A DNA stretch of 64,000 nt, from the IMG/VR virus record IMGVR_UViG_3300032250_000070, positions 1 to 64,000 of that record; one strand, 5' to 3'. Numbering within the stretch: position 1 is the first letter of the stretch; the number at the start of each line of letters is the position of its first letter. Origin of the DNA: a virus. Its lineage: Duplodnaviria > Heunggongvirae > Uroviricota > Caudoviricetes. Below, piece by piece: positions 61,532-64,000 of this stretch. A program made the position numbers and the translations under genes. Below the pieces are notes generated by a model. It had not been told where the DNA came from. It did not search any database and saw only the letters and a list, made by a program, of their open reading frames with translations.

Positions 61532-62531
61532 ATGCGTTTATATATAATTGTTTTGTTCTTTCTGATGTATATCCTTCATTAATCTTTAGTACATTCTGGT
61601 AGTACTTCTTTAATATCTTAGCCACTTCAAACCAACTTCTACTCTCACGTACAGCCATCATCTCTTGTCTCCTTTTATCATAGCTTAGAAGAGTCTCGAC
61701 TATACCTTTTGTAACTGTCTCTGTACTAATACTTGGAATCACCCACATACCATCCATGTGCCTAGAGCCTTTGTAAGTTCCTACAATAGGAAGAGCACTG
61801 GCTGTAGCTTCCATAAGTGTTAGGTTTGGATGACCAGCTTCTAAGAAAGAAGGATGTAAGAATATTGTATGTGATTGATATAGATCTCTCATCTCTTCAT
61901 CTGTAGGATTTGTTAACTTTAAAGTTAACTTTGGATAGTCTAATAAGTCTTTATGGTGTTCAAAGAACTTATTGTTATCAGGATGACCAGCTACTGTAAT
62001 AGGTAGATCTAACTCCTTAGCTGCTTCAATACCATATCTAAATCCTTTTCTATCTATACTACTATTTCCTGCTAATCCATTATTAGCTATCATTAATAAC
62101 TTGTGGTTCTTAGGACTATGATCTGGTGTAAAGAAATCTGTGTTAGCCCCATGTGATAAATAGAATAACTTATCAGTAGTATCAAAGTAATTTATATAAT
62201 GCTCAGTGTGAGTCAATGAAATAATACTTCCTTTAATAGCTTCTAGGTTTTGTTTAAACACCCAGCTATCTTTACCATACCACTCAACATGGTGATCATG
62301 TAGAGAGTAGATGTAAGGAATACCAAGATCTCTACAGTGAATAGCCTGGTTAGCTAAGTGAGTATGTACAATTGTATCTGGCCATTTCTCTAGCTCATTC
62401 ATATATTTGATGTCAACTTGGACATCTAACTTTTCTAAGTTTTGTTTATACTCCCATATAAGTCTTTCTACAGCTCCCCATCCATTTGGTGGTATGGTTA
62501 TTAACCCTGTAGCTACGTGTACTATTCTCAT
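61518..62531 (-). CDS. GT4-family (GT-B) glycosyltransferase
   Basis: It has the EX7E-type motif HPSFLEAGHPNLTLMEATASALPIVGT. The N-terminus, MRIVHVATGLITIPPNGWGAVERLI, is typical of GT4. Confidence 0.75.
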   Translation of the reverse strand: MRIVHVATGLITIPPNGWGAVERLIWEYKQNLEKLDVQVDIKYMNELEKWPDTIVHTHLANQAIHCRDLGIPYIYSLHDHHVEWYGKDSWVFKQNLEAIKGSIISLTHTEHYINYFDTTDKLFYLSHGANTDFFTPDHSPKNHKLLMIANNGLAGNSSIDRKGFRYGIEAAKELDLPITVAGHPDNNKFFEHHKDLLDYPKLTLKLTNPTDEEMRDLYQSHTIFLHPSFLEAGHPNLTLMEATASALPIVGTYKGSRHMDGMWVIPSISTETVTKGIVETLLSYDKRRQEMMAVRESRSWFEVAKILKKYYQNVLKINEGYTSERTKQLYINAYDNL

Positions 62532-64000
62532 TTTCTAAATGTTTTATGTGTATTATCAATTAAGGAGAACCCATCTGCTTGGGTAGTAAGTCTGTTATGT
62601 ACAATCCCCATAGGATGCCCCATAAAGATATTATTAAAATACATATCAGCTGCATCCCACTTGTGCAATCTAAGCACATCTTTTAACCATGGAGCAGTCT
62701 TAATAGGGAACATAATACATTGTAAACCAATAATGTGGTCTGTAACATACATTGTTTCATTGACTTCTTGCCTTACAGGAGACTGAGGCCAGCCCTGTTC
62801 TAAGGTGTCTTTATCTCCAAAGGACATGATGTCTATGTTGTTTGGTCCCAATAAGTGTGCACATTCCTCAACTTTTTGTACGAAAAAGTGTATGTCTGTC
62901 TCAATGATACAATCCCCTTCACATACAATCAGATAGTCACAGTCATGGAATTCCATTAGGATGGCATTCTTGAATGCTTCGTAGCATCCATAATGTGCTG
63001 GGGTAAGTGCAGTACCATGCTGTTGAACTTGCTGTTCATTGAAGAGTTCCATTGAAACGCATAGTGGTCGCATACAGTTGTGAGCTGGTGGTAAAGACTT
63101 ATAGGGCTCGTTAGTGTGTAGGATATATTCCCACCCATGGTCTGCCACTTGTTCAAGGGATGCTCTACTTGCTTGTTCTCTTTCATCATTTAATGTAGTT
63201 TGTATGTGAACTAATTTTATTCTTGGTCTATCTGTTTTCTTCCACATAAACTTACCTGTATTTTCGTACAGGTGTAATGTATCTTTATCTAAGTAAAACT
63301 CTTCCACCTTATAAGAAAGATCTCCATCATAGAAATCTAGTCTCACTGTAATAGGTTTTCCTTTGAATTCAAACTGATAAACCCATTCATGTGACTGTGA
63401 AGGAATTATTCTCTTTGACATATCTTCTCCAACACTTACGTATATCTTTCTATTGTCTCTATTATATGTAAAGAAATAGAACACATAAGTGTTTGGTTTT
63501 CCAACAACAGGAATGATAGAATAATACTCACTATTAGATGCTACACCTAATCCACTGTGAACCAGGAAGGTATCCTTGTCATTAGTAACTAATTGTATAT
63601 CATTAGGATTGAAGCTAAAGATAACCTTTGATAAGTAGTCTTCTAGATAGTTCTCACATCCTCTTCTCTTACACACGTCATTCCACTGCTCTGGTGTACG
63701 TACATCATCAAACTCCTTTAGGAAGAAGTCTGTGTCAAACATAATACCATTGGTCTGAATTCCCTTACCCTGAGGTGTAGGGAGTGTAGCAGCATACAAC
63801 TTCTTATCTGTTCTAAATGCTTCATTCACTGCAGGTATATCTCTAGGATCTAATGTAACATCATATGTAGTGTAGAAGAATCTCTTGAATCCAAGTTCTC
63901 TAGCAACCTTAGCTGCGTTATATATGTTAGTTAAGACAGTGAGAGATTGGTTACTACTCTTCAGTCCATTGATGTTGATCTCAGCAAAGTAGTCTGGTCT
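62528..64000 (-). CDS. putative glycosyltransferase / polysaccharide-modifying enzyme, 5'-truncated by window end
   Basis: The reading frame remains open to nt 64000 upstream of the GTG chosen by the ORF track (manual translation ...RPDYFAEININGLKSSNQSLTVLTNIYNAAKVARELGFKRFFYTTYDVTLDPRDIPAVNEAF...). The C-terminal half has a GT-A-like acidic segment, FHDCDYLIVCEGDCII. Confidence 0.4.
   Translation of the reverse strand, partial: RPDYFAEININGLKSSNQSLTVLTNIYNAAKVARELGFKRFFYTTYDVTLDPRDIPAVNEAFRTDKKLYAATLPTPQGKGIQTNGIMFDTDFFLKEFDDVRTPEQWNDVCKRRGCENYLEDYLSKVIFSFNPNDIQLVTNDKDTFLVHSGLGVASNSEYYSIIPVVGKPNTYVFYFFTYNRDNRKIYVSVGEDMSKRIIPSQSHEWVYQFEFKGKPITVRLDFYDGDLSYKVEEFYLDKDTLHLYENTGKFMWKKTDRPRIKLVHIQTTLNDEREQASRASLEQVADHGWEYILHTNEPYKSLPPAHNCMRPLCVSMELFNEQQVQQHGTALTPAHYGCYEAFKNAILMEFHDCDYLIVCEGDCIIETDIHFFVQKVEECAHLLGPNNIDIMSFGDKDTLEQGWPQSPVRQEVNETMYVTDHIIGLQCIMFPIKTAPWLKDVLRLHKWDAADMYFNNIFMGHPMGIVHNRLTTQADGFSLIDNTHKTFRK

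Noticed and set aside
1-64000. tRNA genes
   Set aside because: I scanned intergenic regions (1-349, 596-673, 7681-7799, 10670-10859, 13741-13821, 19356-19538, 33813-33898) for cloverleaf-compatible GTGGC/GTTCGA-type arms and found none. tRNAscan-SE is needed to be certain.

Overview
This window reads as most of the genome of a tailed dsDNA bacteriophage. It is AT-rich and almost entirely co-directional: + strand coding from ~350 to 60477, with translationally coupled ATGA/TAATG gene junctions throughout. There are no Shine-Dalgarno sequences; starts are A-rich, which fits a Bacteroidetes (Flavobacteriia-like) host. Order of modules:

- **1-349:** G-tract-rich non-coding terminus/origin-like region.
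- **0.3-2.5 kb:** small early genes, including an HU/IHF-like DNA-binding protein and Cys-rich mini-proteins.
- **2.5-13.7 kb:** head morphogenesis module: large terminase, portal, an unusual SPFH/band-7 protein, an acidic scaffold-like protein, and a 517-aa putative major capsid protein followed by a strong hairpin.
- **13.8-30 kb:** tail and fiber module. It holds three fibers that share a Cys-rich N-terminal anchor: a Tail_collar HxH-motif fiber; a collagen-like G-X-Y fiber with a C-terminal S74 intramolecular-chaperone domain; and a 1338-aa collagen-like plus Hep_Hag-repeat fiber further downstream. It also holds a paralogous family of three small proteins that share an N-terminal domain, a 1839-aa protein with multiple poly-Thr/Ser linkers, and an inserted HNH homing endonuclease.
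- **30.9-52.6 kb:** four consecutive very large ORFs of 975, 925, 3655 and 1666 aa, likely virion-internal/ejection proteins. The 3655-aa ORF carries a DFDID motif compatible with a crAss-like virion RNA polymerase.
- **57-64 kb:** a strand-switching accessory island. I flag it as the most novel part of the window. It encodes APS kinase (PAPS synthesis), a PAPS-type sulfotransferase, an FkbM methyltransferase, a minimal HIGH-motif (NMNAT/NadM-like) nucleotidyltransferase, a DUF2061 membrane protein, two GT9-like and one GT4 glycosyltransferase, and a further 5'-truncated putative glycosyltransferase. Together this looks like a phage-encoded glycan sulfation/methylation/glycosylation system. 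Its candidate targets are the host envelope glycan or the phage's own Thr/Ser-linker-rich virion proteins.

No tRNA or CRISPR array could be supported by eye. All product calls rest on motif recognition from the translated ORFs without database searches.
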